Source: Trypanosoma brucei (lineage: Eukaryota). Taken from it: a DNA stretch of 64,000 bases. Below are positions 39,701 through 52,400 of the stretch, piece after piece. Position 1 is the first letter of the stretch. Every line of letters begins with the position of its first letter. The notes beneath the pieces are model-generated. The model made no database searches. It worked only from the letters and a program-made list of their open reading frames with translations, and had not been told where the DNA came from. The stretch spans positions 96,001 through 160,000 of the forward strand of contig CP000069.1 in NCBI GenBank assembly GCA_000002445.1, written 5' to 3'. Both the position numbers and the translations under genes were made by a program.

Positions 39701-40310
39701 CAATGCAAAAAAATAACAACTAAACAACTTGCGATTCATCCGTGTTGCCAACTACGCAGCAAGCTTATACTCATCATCACCATAAGAAACATCTTTCAAA
39801 TACATGAAATCCAGTCGGTGTGACCGTAACTGAGTGATAGCATAACGGAAAAGAGCAAGCATCTCAACGGCGAGTGATGCTTCCAGGAGTCATAAATTGG
39901 GATTCCAACTGTGTACCCTACTGAATCCTGTGAAGGGTAAGAAATCAACTACACATTCTTTTCATTGAAATATTTGGTTAAGTTGAGAGTATTTTTGTCA
40001 CCCACAGGTTCCAGTATAATGGCAAGCTCATCACCGTAATTGGTTGTACAGATGGCGTATCCAAAGTCATCCATAGACGGAACATGTGCAACTGCCACAG
40101 ACACACGGAAGCGACTTCCCGTTGGTAATAGATGCGTTGAAACCTGCAATAATAGGATCACATACCTTTGCTGAAATCTTGTCACTGTATAACATGTTGT
40201 ATACCCTTACCCATATTAATCCATTTGCAAGCTATACTTCAGCCAGCAGCTGTAGTAACATAGAAAAACACCACGTAAGTGACTACGCCATCTCTAGCAT
40301 GTAATTCACG
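36736..40310 (-). pseudogene. GRESAG4: Divergent receptor-type adenylate cyclase paralogue, disrupted in the extracellular part (pseudogene copy C); retains a 574-codon open frame over the TM and catalytic domain
   Basis: 36736-38460 is open for 574 codons (TTG at 38460; first ATG about 38136 giving about 466 aa). It encodes the distal extracellular region, the TM and a complete catalytic domain with no internal stop. Upstream collinear pieces are in other frames or interrupted (38493-38756, 38901-39197, 39219-39479, 39566-39751, 39949-40185). The same disruption pattern is seen in copies A and E. Confidence 0.8.
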
Positions 40311-41384
40311 CATGGAGGTAACCGTGATACTAGTAACTCAACGTAATTCAACTTTCAAACTACAGGACAAAAACGGCATAATAACAAAGTATTGGTACAA
40401 GATTAATAGACTGCATATGTATGTGTATATGTAAAAGCGTGGGAAAGGGAACTACTGTAGTGGATAACATTACACAAACCATAACAGCGAGAAAGTAGTT
40501 CAACACACATTCCCCCATACACCCACATATCATTCATGTATCCGATACAAAAACATAAAACATCACTAGGCATAAGGGTAAATGTGTAGATAGAACATTA
40601 CAGTATCATAAACTGGATTGCCATTAACAAAAACACAGCACACTAACAGTCACAGTTAACACTCAAACTGTAAATTTTAACTCACAACATCACGGCAGAC
40701 ATTGCTCAGTTTCATATTCCTTGACTGTCTAGGAGTAAAAGAGAGTGTGCGAGAGAATATGAGGAAAGTTTCAGCGACCATAGAGAAATATAAAGGAAGT
40801 TATACACATGTATCAGATATTGCAAATAGTTAGATGCAGCAAGGTGATTAAGAGATACCTTACAAGCCAGCATCTCCGAATGAAAAAAAAAGATTAGGGT
40901 AGACGCGAGGGATAAGCACAGGAGGTCACTTTTACTTCGCTATAGCCTCCGCTTCATGGGCATCACCTTATTATCAAACATATTTTTAAATGCAAGGACA
41001 CAGCTCCTAACAACACATTAGAGGTGGAGCGCCTCACATGACTACCGCCCACACGGACGGCAATATAAATTCAAATAAGATATTATTTAGAAGAAGTTGA
41101 GCATCAATGGCGGCGTGGGTGAACACATCCCTCACTACGTTAAACAGAAAGTTAACGACCCCCGAATATTGTAATCAAAAAATGGTGTGCCCATTTCAGA
41201 AGTAAAATGCATCCCGTACACAAGGATATTTAAAGCATCCAGCATATGAAGAAAATATTGCATGCGCAAAAAGTTGGGACGCAAAATGATAAAAATCGTT
41301 TATACAAGCCTGCTATGAAAACACAAAATGAATTATGTAAACATTATTATCCATTTACAACAACAAAACATACATACATCAATG

Positions 41385-44300
41385 TCATGAAGGATATTGG
41401 CTGGCACTCTCAACACTTTCCAGGTCAATCAAGTGCAGAGTGCAGCGTCGTCCCTCAACATAGGAAAAGTTTGAAGATGAAGCAACCGTTGCAACAGTAG
41501 CTCCTCCAGGTGAAAAGAGACTTCCACCCCTTTCCAATGATGTCACACTGCTGGAAGTATTCCTCGTTCCAAAATCCATAACACAACCCACCTTTGCAGC
41601 AATCCGACGGGTAACACAGCGACAACTGGCTTCATTCCAAGCATCCACCCCTGGGGGCTTCTTAACATGCCAACGCTCACAAAATGTTGCAAGCATCTTC
41701 TGTCGCTGGATAACTGGAAATGCGCCAATGAGAGCATCAATGCAACCAGCAACCTGTTGAGCGGTGGCAGTTAAACCACACTCATTAAAGCTCGACTCAC
41801 TAGCGCTACTACCTGTTCCAACATCTTCTTCATCCTCGATTTCACGTTCCAGCCGTAATGCAGCAAAGTTGCGGCCAGGCACGGCATTCAACTGGTACAT
41901 TTCCACAGGATCGGGCACACCACGTAGCGGCACATCACCAAGTGCAGTGACATCAATTTGCTCACGCTCCTCAGCTGAAAGTGACAGGTATGTTGAGCCT
42001 GTCATCAGCACCTGACCACCATTTGCTACACTCTCTGTCCTTGCTGCCATGTTTGGGGTCCGCCCATAGTAGTCATATCCCTTCGTCACTTCATCGTGTC
42101 GGATGTCGCACAACCCGGTGTGGATTCCAACACGTACACGCAGGCCATTCCACAAACGACTGTACACTTTAAGGTCCAACCGCGCAGTTGGCGGTGTGTA
42201 CTTCTCGTCCTCCTCCGCACGCTGCTGCTCAAACTGCTGGTAAGAATCATCAACTGCATTTGTTCCCCAGTCATGTTGCAAGAAACACAGCTGTAATTCC
42301 TGTGCGAGTTGGACGGCAGCGAAAGGACTCTTACTCGCTATCATGAACGAATCCCCAACAGTTTTGACTTCGTAGCACTTATACCTCCCAATCAGTGAAC
42401 GAATCAAATAGTGATGTGTCGCAACGGCATCGGGCATCAGCTCAGGGTGTGCAGCCCACAACGCAGTGCTGCTCTCAATGTCAGTAAATATTAGTGTCAC
42501 AGGGTCCGTTGGCTCCTTGGGCGCAAGATTGTTATCACGAGCATTCCGCAGGGTGATGCGTAGGAGCACACCAAGGGCAATAAAAGGTATCAAGCCGGCT
42601 ATACACCCGATACCTATGCCGGCTATCTGTGACCCTGTGAGACGACTCCCTCCTGAAATGATATACCCCATAGACGGTGTCATGCCGCGTTGCAATATGG
42701 GCACACTTGAATTCAGCACACGCGCCATCGACCATACAGAAATGTTTGTGGCTCCAAAGTTTGAGGCACACTCATTTGCCGAAACACTCGTACCAGAAAC
42801 ACATTCCACATCATTGAAGGGTCCAAATCGCATGTCATCCACTTTGATGTTGGACTCCGTGTAAATGCGGTCTGCCAGCAGCTCTGCATTCACTTTCTTC
42901 ATATTCGGGAGAATCACTTGAAGCAGCCGAGTGGTAACAAAACCTAAGAACGTTAGTGGATCCCAATGCGATTCATTCACAATGCGATGGAAACTCGCAA
43001 CCACATCTGATTTCGTGTCCTTCTCCGCCCAGTGTGGAAAACTCGTCGCGAATAGGAGCCGCTCTGAGCTAGCAATAGACTCTTTACTCGCATTAAACGC
43101 AGCTACAAACTCATCGTAGTACATTGCAAGGTCATTGAATGGAATGAATACACGTGCCCTGCGGTGTGCCTGAAGGTGCCGCGCAACTGCAGCAACGTCA
43201 GTGAGAGTGAGTCCAATAGTAAACACATCTCCATCACCCGAGAGATATGACGCTATCGGGTCACCATCACCAAGTGTCTTGCTGGAATCAAGCGGCACAC
43301 CAAACGTGTCCAATGACTTGTGCAGCAGGCTACTGATCTCCCCTGCTTGCTCACTACGTATGAGTGCATTTACTCCTCTGGAAGAAGTGTTGGAGAGATA
43401 CACAGCAAGCACATAAAGTTGCTGCGCAAGGACAGGCAGTAAGTGTATTACGTTTCTCCTAAACAATTTCATGCGGGGCCGAAGTGTCATAGGACTGATG
43501 AACACTAAATCTTTTCGATCCAGAAGCCCTCCAGGCATGATACCAAATACTGCAGATACATCCCTGTTATCCTGTACTTGCTCAAGGGATTGCGTCACAT
43601 TCTCTGAAGATACTGTTAGGGGATGGAAAAATATTCTATTGTCAATATTCTCCGCTTCCTTGCCATGAACCTCGGCACCAAGGAACCACTTCCTGCTCGC
43701 ACGTAATGCAATTTTATTATCTGCGAGAAGCAAAAAGAGGCCACTCAATGGCGCACCCACATGTACATTGGCACTCGAGCACTCTGATACACCCCACGTT
43801 AGATGTCCTTCCCACAAAGGCGCTGGTCGGAAGCCATCCATTATACTCTTCATATATACCATACTGCCACCTTGATTGCAATTACACATGGCACCCTGTA
43901 ATGCAACGGCCTCATTGCACTCACCACCAAAGTCACCAACCACAAGGTCATCAATCACGTAGCGACGCTGCTCGTACAGAGATTCCATGAATGACGTACG
44001 GTTCGTCAGCTGTGGAGCGTTATTCAGAGCCTGGAAGAGAACTTCTCCTGCAAGCCACCCATACACCATCATCTCACCTGCGTTGTCGTCCTCAAGGTAG
44101 TGATCGGGTTTCGCAAAGCCCTTCCAGTCACTTTTTGTATCCAGGTAGTTGTCCATGTCATGCTGGAAGTGCTGAATCAGTGAGAACCGAATGTCGCTGG
44201 CGAGCGGCACTGTTCCAGTTGTGATCAGCTGTCCAGGAGTAAATGTACGATTAGCTAACGCCAATGCCTCACGCCACATGTTGATAAGAGGACCCTGCTG

Positions 44301-45206
44301 TAGTGAAGTAGAAAGAAGATACGCATTGGCAGTGCGGTTGTCCTGTGCTACCTTCTTGATGAACCACGTGATGCTGCCATCCACCAGGGATGAAAACAGC
44401 AATATAGCCTGTGGGCGCGTAGCAACAAATTGTCTCCACCTGGTGTTCAAATCATCCTCAGAGATATTTTGATTCTCACTATCCTTCACAACGAACATTC
44501 CACACAACTCGCGACCCATCATTTCCAATATCTGCAGAGTAAACTCATACGGTCCCATACTGGCGGTGCTGCTCTTCACGTGCATCATACCTATTCGTGG
44601 GACACGGAGGTAAACAACAGCATAACGAATGAGGGCGAGGAGTTCAGCATTGGGTTCGACACTTATGAAATAAAGGTGAGGGTTCCAACCACGGACCTCA
44701 CTGGAGTGCGCAACGGGAGCGAGGGCAACAAGATCATTTTCCCTTAGTTTATTTCGGACATTTGCGACACGGTCACTACCCAGGGGCCCGAACACAACTA
44801 ATAACTTGTCTTTGCTTTGATCCATTCCCTCCTGAATCATGCCATCAACTGTCGCATTGGGTGATGAGGGACGGATGACAGATATTGTCGCATTAGAGCC
44901 CGTCTTCCAGCTGTGGGCACTCAGTGATGCGTCAAAGCCGGCATTCAGGGCGTTAATTTCACCTTCGGTATAAGCTGGATTATGCATCATGGATAGCACT
45001 TTTACCGTCACATTACCGTTTTCTGCGCACACAGGTGGCATCCACATGAGTAGCAAAGGCAACAAGTGTAGCAGTGATACAGCAGTAATGACAGGTGAGT
45101 GCTTGTACTTGCTGTAACGCCTTGCAGGGCTCCTTGCGGTAAGGTTCCGCCTGCAGTTTCCATGAGGGTACACACATCCTCTTCCACCACCTTCCTGCCA
45201 GCACAT
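41385..45206 (-). CDS. GRESAG4: Receptor-type adenylate cyclase, full length (copy 2, 1273 aa from first ATG)
   Basis: Same architecture as copy 1, with about 93-95% aa identity. Differences are clustered in the N-terminal part of the extracellular domain and in short patches of the catalytic domain (MTGSTYLS versus MTHEVYMS). The C-terminal tail is ...LHLIDLESVESASQYPS. The codon before the hydrophobic leader is GTG (Val), not ATG. Confidence 0.9.
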   Translation of the reverse strand: MCWQEGGGRGCVYPHGNCRRNLTARSPARRYSKYKHSPVITAVSLLHLLPLLLMWMPPVCAENGNVTVKVLSMMHNPAYTEGEINALNAGFDASLSAHSWKTGSNATISVIRPSSPNATVDGMIQEGMDQSKDKLLVVFGPLGSDRVANVRNKLRENDLVALAPVAHSSEVRGWNPHLYFISVEPNAELLALIRYAVVYLRVPRIGMMHVKSSTASMGPYEFTLQILEMMGRELCGMFVVKDSENQNISEDDLNTRWRQFVATRPQAILLFSSLVDGSITWFIKKVAQDNRTANAYLLSTSLQQGPLINMWREALALANRTFTPGQLITTGTVPLASDIRFSLIQHFQHDMDNYLDTKSDWKGFAKPDHYLEDDNAGEMMVYGWLAGEVLFQALNNAPQLTNRTSFMESLYEQRRYVIDDLVVGDFGGECNEAVALQGAMCNCNQGGSMVYMKSIMDGFRPAPLWEGHLTWGVSECSSANVHVGAPLSGLFLLLADNKIALRASRKWFLGAEVHGKEAENIDNRIFFHPLTVSSENVTQSLEQVQDNRDVSAVFGIMPGGLLDRKDLVFISPMTLRPRMKLFRRNVIHLLPVLAQQLYVLAVYLSNTSSRGVNALIRSEQAGEISSLLHKSLDTFGVPLDSSKTLGDGDPIASYLSGDGDVFTIGLTLTDVAAVARHLQAHRRARVFIPFNDLAMYYDEFVAAFNASKESIASSERLLFATSFPHWAEKDTKSDVVASFHRIVNESHWDPLTFLGFVTTRLLQVILPNMKKVNAELLADRIYTESNIKVDDMRFGPFNDVECVSGTSVSANECASNFGATNISVWSMARVLNSSVPILQRGMTPSMGYIISGGSRLTGSQIAGIGIGCIAGLIPFIALGVLLRITLRNARDNNLAPKEPTDPVTLIFTDIESSTALWAAHPELMPDAVATHHYLIRSLIGRYKCYEVKTVGDSFMIASKSPFAAVQLAQELQLCFLQHDWGTNAVDDSYQQFEQQRAEEDEKYTPPTARLDLKVYSRLWNGLRVRVGIHTGLCDIRHDEVTKGYDYYGRTPNMAARTESVANGGQVLMTGSTYLSLSAEEREQIDVTALGDVPLRGVPDPVEMYQLNAVPGRNFAALRLEREIEDEEDVGTGSSASESSFNECGLTATAQQVAGCIDALIGAFPVIQRQKMLATFCERWHVKKPPGVDAWNEASCRCVTRRIAAKVGCVMDFGTRNTSSSVTSLERGGSLFSPGGATVATVASSSNFSYVEGRRCTLHLIDLESVESASQYPS

Positions 45207-45249
45207 ATTTTCGGGAATGTGTGACACTTTTCGTGTGTGAAATCTTATG

Positions 45250-45300
45250 TCCTAAGGAAGAATATCAAAAGAGGGAAAATAGAAATCAGTAAGATTACAC
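45250..45300 (-). promoter_or_regulatory. Polypyrimidine tract plus AG (minus strand), candidate SL acceptor for copy 2
   Basis: Same sequence as the element upstream of copy 1 (reverse complement of aagaatatcaaaagagggaaaatagaaatcagtaag), about 45-90 nt upstream of the ATG at 45206. Confidence 0.5.
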
Positions 45301-46440
45301 TTCCAGACAGTTGGATACTATAACAAGTTCCCGACAAAACCAAAACAATGCTTAAAAAGCAATGAAGGCACGTCAAGGTAGCGAGAGGCGACTCGTTTAT
45401 GATGTCACTGTAAATTGCGAGCAAATGATAGAAAGGGACAACCGACACGCTGGTAGCTAATGGTGTCACACAAACAAACACGTATACGTATTTCATGTGT
45501 GTCGTTGTTTTCCTTGCTACTGACATTTCATTACGAAATATGGATCTGTCTTCGATGTGGCTTTCGTTTGAGTTGAGGGCAGAACGATAGTCGTAAGTGC
45601 CCTGGTGGTGTATTCACTACATTCATGCATTCAGATACCTATTATCCCCTTTGTACCTACCATGGTGATGGGGTTTGAGACTCTCCGTTGCAAGCACATA
45701 TTTCATGGGAGTAAAGAATTTCTTGCTTACCTAATGGACATCTCTGTCACATTGCTAAAAACATAAGGCGCAACTCGTCATATCGTGGCGGCAGAGCCAT
45801 GGAATGATCAGGCGTTTGCAGGGTAGATGAGTCATAACTGTCTGTGGCGGAGGCATCCTACAGCGATCTGCAGGTACGAAATGTGTTGGATCGTACCCGA
45901 TTCCGTGGGTCTAACAGTGCCGCAGCTGTTTGTGTGAGATGGAGCCTGGTTCCATTCTTTGGGTGCCATTTTACGTTAGCAGTGTAAAGCAGCAGAATAT
46001 CTGTACTGGCATACGGCATCCCCACAACTCATACGTCGGTCAACTAACTTCACGAAACATCCTGACCAATGCGGCAAAACCGTATAAGTAACCGTCGCCG
46101 TCTCCCAAACCCACTTCTGCAGAGCAGGCTAACTTACAGTCTGAGACGACGGGATCCGTCCATTATATCCTCGCTGACTACCACGGTGTTGGCACCCAGA
46201 GAGCGCAACCGTAACACTTATTTTCGCTACACGCAATCTCCTTACGTCTCTCTTCACCTGCAACAACTGATCCATCGTTGCGAAAGCGCAGCAGAACGAG
46301 GCGCATGCGGTGGTCGCAGCGTATGTTCATCGGTGCAGATTACCGGAAAAGGGAAAGCGCTGCCTTCACATGCATAACGTACCTCACTGGATGCTGATCA
46401 GCTGTGTCGTCTGTTCGCACATGCCTGTGACACACAAGCA

Positions 46441-46456
46441 AAAAAAAAAAAAAAAC
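46441..46456. repeat. Homopolymer A15/16
   Basis: caagcaaaaaaaaaaaaaaaacacagc in the unique spacer between the inverted array arms. Confidence 0.9.
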
Positions 46457-49400
46457 ACAGCAACAACGCACATACGCATAGGTTGTGGTTCTCTGCATGT
46501 TTCGCATATAATTCTCAACAGCAGATGAATACAACGTTGTCACCAAGAACCGTCTTTTTTTCGTTTTTTCTGTCGCGAGAAGGGAAGCTCATCATCACGT
46601 GTCCGCTATCCATTACACATAGCATGGTTTAAATCGCCACTGGAGTGCTGTGACGAGTCCCGTTCTTGTGCGGCAAAAGTGTGATAACAATGCTGTACAC
46701 TGTGACTCTTGGCATGGCTAGTGAATTGGCCAATATCGTATCCCTAGTGCAACATCAACCCTCCCACATCGCCAAATATAAAATCGGTCGTCGTGTGCAG
46801 CGACATACACGCTGTTGAATTCGTAAACATGTGTCAGACTACCAAGGCTGACACAAAACATTTTACAGGAAACCTGTGGGAAGCAAAGTCTCCAACCTAG
46901 AAGCATCCCGCAGAGTATATGAGCCTTGCTGTGGCTTCAAACAGAAGAAACCCAACAATTGTGAAGGAGCTGCAACGCTACACTCGCGAGGTATCACTCA
47001 ATATGGCAACTCCGTCACATCACTCATCTCATTCTTTTTCAGCTCATTTCTTTGCTGCTGTCACTCTCAGCGCTTTGGAATATCAGCAGTAGATCTCTGA
47101 AACCCCTAAGGCGCTTGTGGCGAAACACTAACCTCGCTATCCAGTAATGGTTAAAAGGGGGGTTTGTAAGCAAGATCACAAGTCCATATAACCCCAGAAA
47201 GAAAAAAAATGATACCATAAAGATATTTCCACGAAAAAAAAAATTTGGTAATATTGGTAGCGTTGAATGGCATGAAGAACACTGGAAGTAGAAACGTGTC
47301 ATTCCCTCCTGGGGTAAATACAAAACCGGTAAGTCTCTTCCTTTCATCAGTAAGGAATAAGGAGCACTGTTCTAGCTGTGGCAACGGGAAGAAACAAAAA
47401 TGTCAGGTAAATAGACTCATGTATCGATGCAGCATGGGCTATCAAAAATCGAAGCGTGGAACTGCTCTATCCGAGAAAACATAGTGATACAAATCATCAG
47501 ATACAACACCAGAAAATAGAGAGGACAAAAAACGGTATGATGTAAGACTCAACATTAGCGTGTACAATGCGGTGACGGTGTACAAGCAACAACCATTAAT
47601 CTGAGACTAACCCGGGCTTCCCTCCGAAAAGGAAAAAGAACCGAAACCTAAAGTAACGAAAAATGCTCTATTTGACAGTTAAAAGCAGTATCCACGCAGT
47701 GTATGGCATCAAAAAAAAAACAATAAAACTTTAGAACAATCCAAATGAAATATCAGGGGGGGAAACGGGAACACCATCATATCGACCAAGCACATATCCT
47801 ACTGTGGTTCAGTATCAAAAGGAGGTTAATTTCCCAACCGGATATAAGAGTAAACGGAAACAATATGAGGGGCAAGAAAGTGCCTTCAGACCTGTCAGCC
47901 CAATACCACAGTTCAATCGATAGGCGACCGCAAATATCACAAAATTCAAAGCGCACCACGACACACAGGCACCTTAAACAATTATAACTAAGAAGTGATA
48001 CCTGATACCCCCTTTATTTCCATCGTCAGAGAGAGTGAATGAGCATAGGAAGGTCGTGTGATGTAAACGTATGCATGATGTAACGCCATGTTTGAAATAC
48101 TATCAATACTCCAGAGGGATCATTACGGAATGGAGTTACGGGACAAGCAGCCAAACGATGGTACTGCACGCAAGAGCAGTTATCACACACACGGAGAGAG
48201 ATGTAGGCGCTCATGCATAAGCACACTATACAGAAGCCAAAGGCCGAAACACACACAAATCCTATTTGACCATTGTGTTTTACTGTACCTTTTAAAAAGT
48301 TTATCGACCTTGTGGTGGTGAGCTGAGGGTATCGGAATAAGGTGCTCCTTTACCTTTTAGTGGAAAAACAAATTTCGTATCAATAGTGGCCGCATACACG
48401 TTTGGGGACAATATCTCTTTACAGTAACTGCTTCCACAATGTTAGCCTTTATTGTCGGCAACAAAACATTCAATGTATAAGCGCAACAACAAAATAATGT
48501 GTCCCTATGACACTATTAGTTCCTTCTTAAGATATCCCTTGTTCGGTATAAGTCATTTAAAATAGTGCCTACACATTGAGACAAACTGCAGCTACGGTCA
48601 CCAGCCCCCGAGTCACATCTGAAACCATCGGTTGCAAATATTTGTGCTCAGCGAGGAAAGGCCAGTGCCACAGAACCTACAGCACAGTCGTACCTTGTCT
48701 CAAACGCACACACTCAGCATATTCACTTTTCAATTGGTTTCTTCTCTTTATCCTCATATTTTAAGAGCAACAATAACAACAAAGAAGCACACTTGCGTTA
48801 AAACCATAGAGGAATTTGGCAGTGCAGAAAGCATTGTTTCACTAAGTGTAGAAACCACAGGAACTCGAAGTATCGGAATTAAACATTACCACACAGTCCT
48901 GTTAACCACATAGCATCTCCAACAATAGTCCTCTCACTGTTAGTTAGCCGGCATGTCCTGCATTAGTTCCTATCCGCTTTTTCCTTTCTTTTTCCATTTT
49001 TGGTCTCTCTCCCAGTGGTGCATCATACATTAAAATTATGTGCGCTGTTGAGTGTATGGTACTTACCTTCAGTCAAAGAAAAAAAAAAAGCGATATGACT
49101 TCCTAAGTCAGTAAGTGAGATGCGTATCTGTTTTGTGCTTCTTCCTTTCTTCACTTTTATACATGCCGGTAGCTGCTTGTCGCGAAGAAAAAGAGAGGCA
49201 GTAATTTATTGGGATGTCTCTCGGAGTAAAAAAATAATTATAGGCATATGAAGGAGGTAATTAAATTGGGAATATTGCCAACGAGGTAGCAAAGAAAAAC
49301 GAGCCTCCAACAACAAAACGGCAGGTGCCATCGAGCGACACAAATGGCATCTCAGTAACATCCCGTGAGTGACATTGGGTATTGCCCATCTGTTACCTAT

Positions 49401-52400
49401 CCAATCCACGAAAGGTGATTACTCACTAACTCTCCGTAACTTGTACTCAATTCCCTTACGAGGAGAGAGCAGTGGAGTATCACCTCATGTTACAGGTAGT
49501 GTCACGGGAAATTTTTTATGGGCATCGCAAGGCATCGCAATTCGTAGCCTCACCAACATTCTGGTACGGATACCTATATTTGATGAGATTATCTTGAGTA
49601 GTTACTTTCCTCAAAATGGGTGTACAACACGCTGCCTCCATGAGTAACACAATTACTAGCGCTAGATCTGCCGCCAGTAAATCACTGCCAAGTTCTAAAT
49701 TAATATCATTCTTGCTTCATTCACAATCATGGCAGGGACTGGATGTAAATTTTACCATGATGTTTTGTAGCGCTTAGTGCCTCGTAGCGAAAATATGGCT
49801 CCAATTGCACACACAGACAGTACCTTTATACCAGCACTAAACGTCTTTACGTACATCGTCCGTCCCTAACCAAATGCTCAAAAAATAATTTGAACCAAGG
49901 CTGGCCGATCAGAAGTTTTTAGACAAACTGGGTCATTCACTTTCTAATCATTATTTACAACCTTATTACATTGTCCGTTGGTTTTTGCACCCTTCGGCAG
50001 CACCCCCAAAGTGAGTTAGAGCGTATCGATGGCGCAAGCAGATAGTTGTTACCGTCATTGTCATATTTTCTCTCTTTTGTCTTGATCGAGACAAACGAGT
50101 ATTGTTTACGTTCCGCAAATACCCTGCAGCACACGACACGAATAGCCGATCCGCTACCGCACCAAAGGTGATGAGCAATGTTTTATAGTTACGATGGGAA
50201 GCCATCTTTTTGACATACTGGGAAAATAATAGACTGGCATCTTATGAGCCGGATAAAAATGGCTCGCTAGCTAAGACAGCACTCCACGTTGAACGCATAC
50301 ATCCCTCACGCGGGTGTGTGTGCCGATGGCGAGCTCCACATTGCTACGAAAATAACGGTATGGTCACGAATATTCCTTTATCATGTCCAGAGCAGAGGAA
50401 AGTTGACACTCAGAGCTATTCGAGGCGGGCACCAAACAAAATCCAGCGTCCATGCCTAACCTCCCCTAAAACAGCGCAAATCAACCACAGTAACCGCACA
50501 CAGTACCACCGGTACATTCAATGGAAGGAGCGCTCTTTGATATTACCTCCGCGCACTCGCCCCAGCCGACGCTGCCAGTGAGCGGCCGTACCATCGATGC
50601 CGTGGCGTTCCGCCTTCACATGGACACTCAACGAAGGGGAAATTTTGCACACTCTTCGGTGCTCACACCCGCACGCCGGAGGCGGACAAGCCGGAAAGAA
50701 AAACACTTGAGAAAGCCGAGGCCGACGGAACATTCCAGTTGGTAAGGCCGATTCTGAGGGGGCACCAACTCGCGCGCCTCCCGACAAAATGCATGGAGCG
50801 ACCTTCCCTTACCAAACAGAAGCAGCGCGATCACGAAGACAAAATGAAAAAGCAATTCCGCAACCCAGGCATAAGGTCCAAAGAAACTTCCCCGCATTTA
50901 CTACAATGACAGACCCAAAAGGCACTACGCAAAGAATGTGGGGCGGAAAATACCGTGAGGGGCAGATCATCGCTTCACGGGCTGTGGGCGCATTTTTCAC
51001 GTAGGTTCTTGAAACTGGAAGACTTAGATCTGATCGCGGAACTGTGAAACCTTTTCCCGACCGAACGGACGACTCCAAACAGAGAGAGAGAGAGCAAAGG
51101 ACAACTTTTAACTGAAGCTGCAATGTCTAAAGTTGCAATCGGACTAAGTCGAGGCACCGGAGATAGAGCTGAGAGAGGTTCGAATAATTGTGGCAGGATG
51201 GTGACCGTGGCGCCGAGGCACAAGAGCCAAATGCTGGTAAAAGGGTGTTAAGCGAGGGAAACTTTGGTGAGGCTGTGCTACACGTGCCGCAGGGTCGCAT
51301 CGCCGTTCATACGAGATGGTGTCACTTAACTCTGTGGCTGCGTGAATTGTGAAACAGCAATGTTACATGCACATGCGCCTATCAAGAATACGCAGCAGTG
51401 GTTTACATGTGGTGGGTCGATGCGTTAAACTCCCTGAGTATTCTCCTCATTTTATACAAGCGAAACTGAATGAACCCGCGTAGGGGATACCATGCCGACC
51501 TCTGATGAAGGGGCGCCTGAGTTTGATGGTAAATCGTCTGATCGGGGCCACGCTACGGGGAAACGAACTGAGCGCACTTGTTACAACCCCAAAGGTTGAA
51601 TATAAATCCTGATATTGAGTATAGATGACCCTTTCTTTAAACGGTCGTAACATCCAATGAAAGGATTACCCACGCTCGTAGTCGATTTTGTCTTTCAAAA
51701 AATGAAATGTAAACTTCAAAGGGAAGTTCGCCCTCATTGTCAGGCTCTGCCAGGGATCAGCCTGTGGTTCAAAACATTTGACCATGACCTTCTGGTGTGT
51801 GACAATTCGTGCTCCGTCTACTGAAACTTTGTGAACTGAGGGGGTGGAATTTTTTCTTGGTGCGTTTCAGGAACAATATGTATTGCATTGACTTTGGTTA
51901 GTGCATGCTTATTCTTCGGAACATGAATTAGTATTATTGTTATGTTTTGTTGAAAGATGACAAATGGATGAAGATATTCTAGTGCCGTAATTGCTTGTTA
52001 AATTTCAGTGTGAGTATGATGTAAATGAAATATGGGCACAATTTCCCCTCTGAGACATTGTAGAATACCACAGGGATGGTAGTCACATCGAAGTCATTGC
52101 TGTTCGCCTTAAGTGCATGTACAGCATTAGGTACCGCCAGCTTACTAGTCTGTGTAACAGGGGGCTCTCATTGTCGTCCTTGAACTTATGCATGCTAGTG
52201 TTGAAGGAACTTTGTGACATAACGTCTTTGTATGTGTGCGATAACATTAATTGAAGATAGCACGGATACCCGAGATGTCAATGTCGATACGAAACAAGAA
52301 ATGCGAGATCAACTTTCTTTACTGTGAATGACAGGTTGCCACTATGGGGAACACAGCGCAAGTGGTAAGCGAACCATTGAGTCTGTGTATGTGAAATGAT

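Larger units (their letters stand above)
34086..45510. repeat. GRESAG4 array unit 2 (direct tandem copy of unit 1)
   Basis: Collinear and near-identical with 22690-34085. It diverges from unit 1 and from the inverted unit only to the right of about 45510-45540. Confidence 0.9.

Noticed and set aside
51160-51200. tRNA B-box-like sequence ggttcgaataa
   Set aside because: It matches only GGTTCGA of the GGTTCGANTCC consensus. There is no A box at the right spacing, no acceptor-stem complementarity and no downstream T-run. It is most likely chance.
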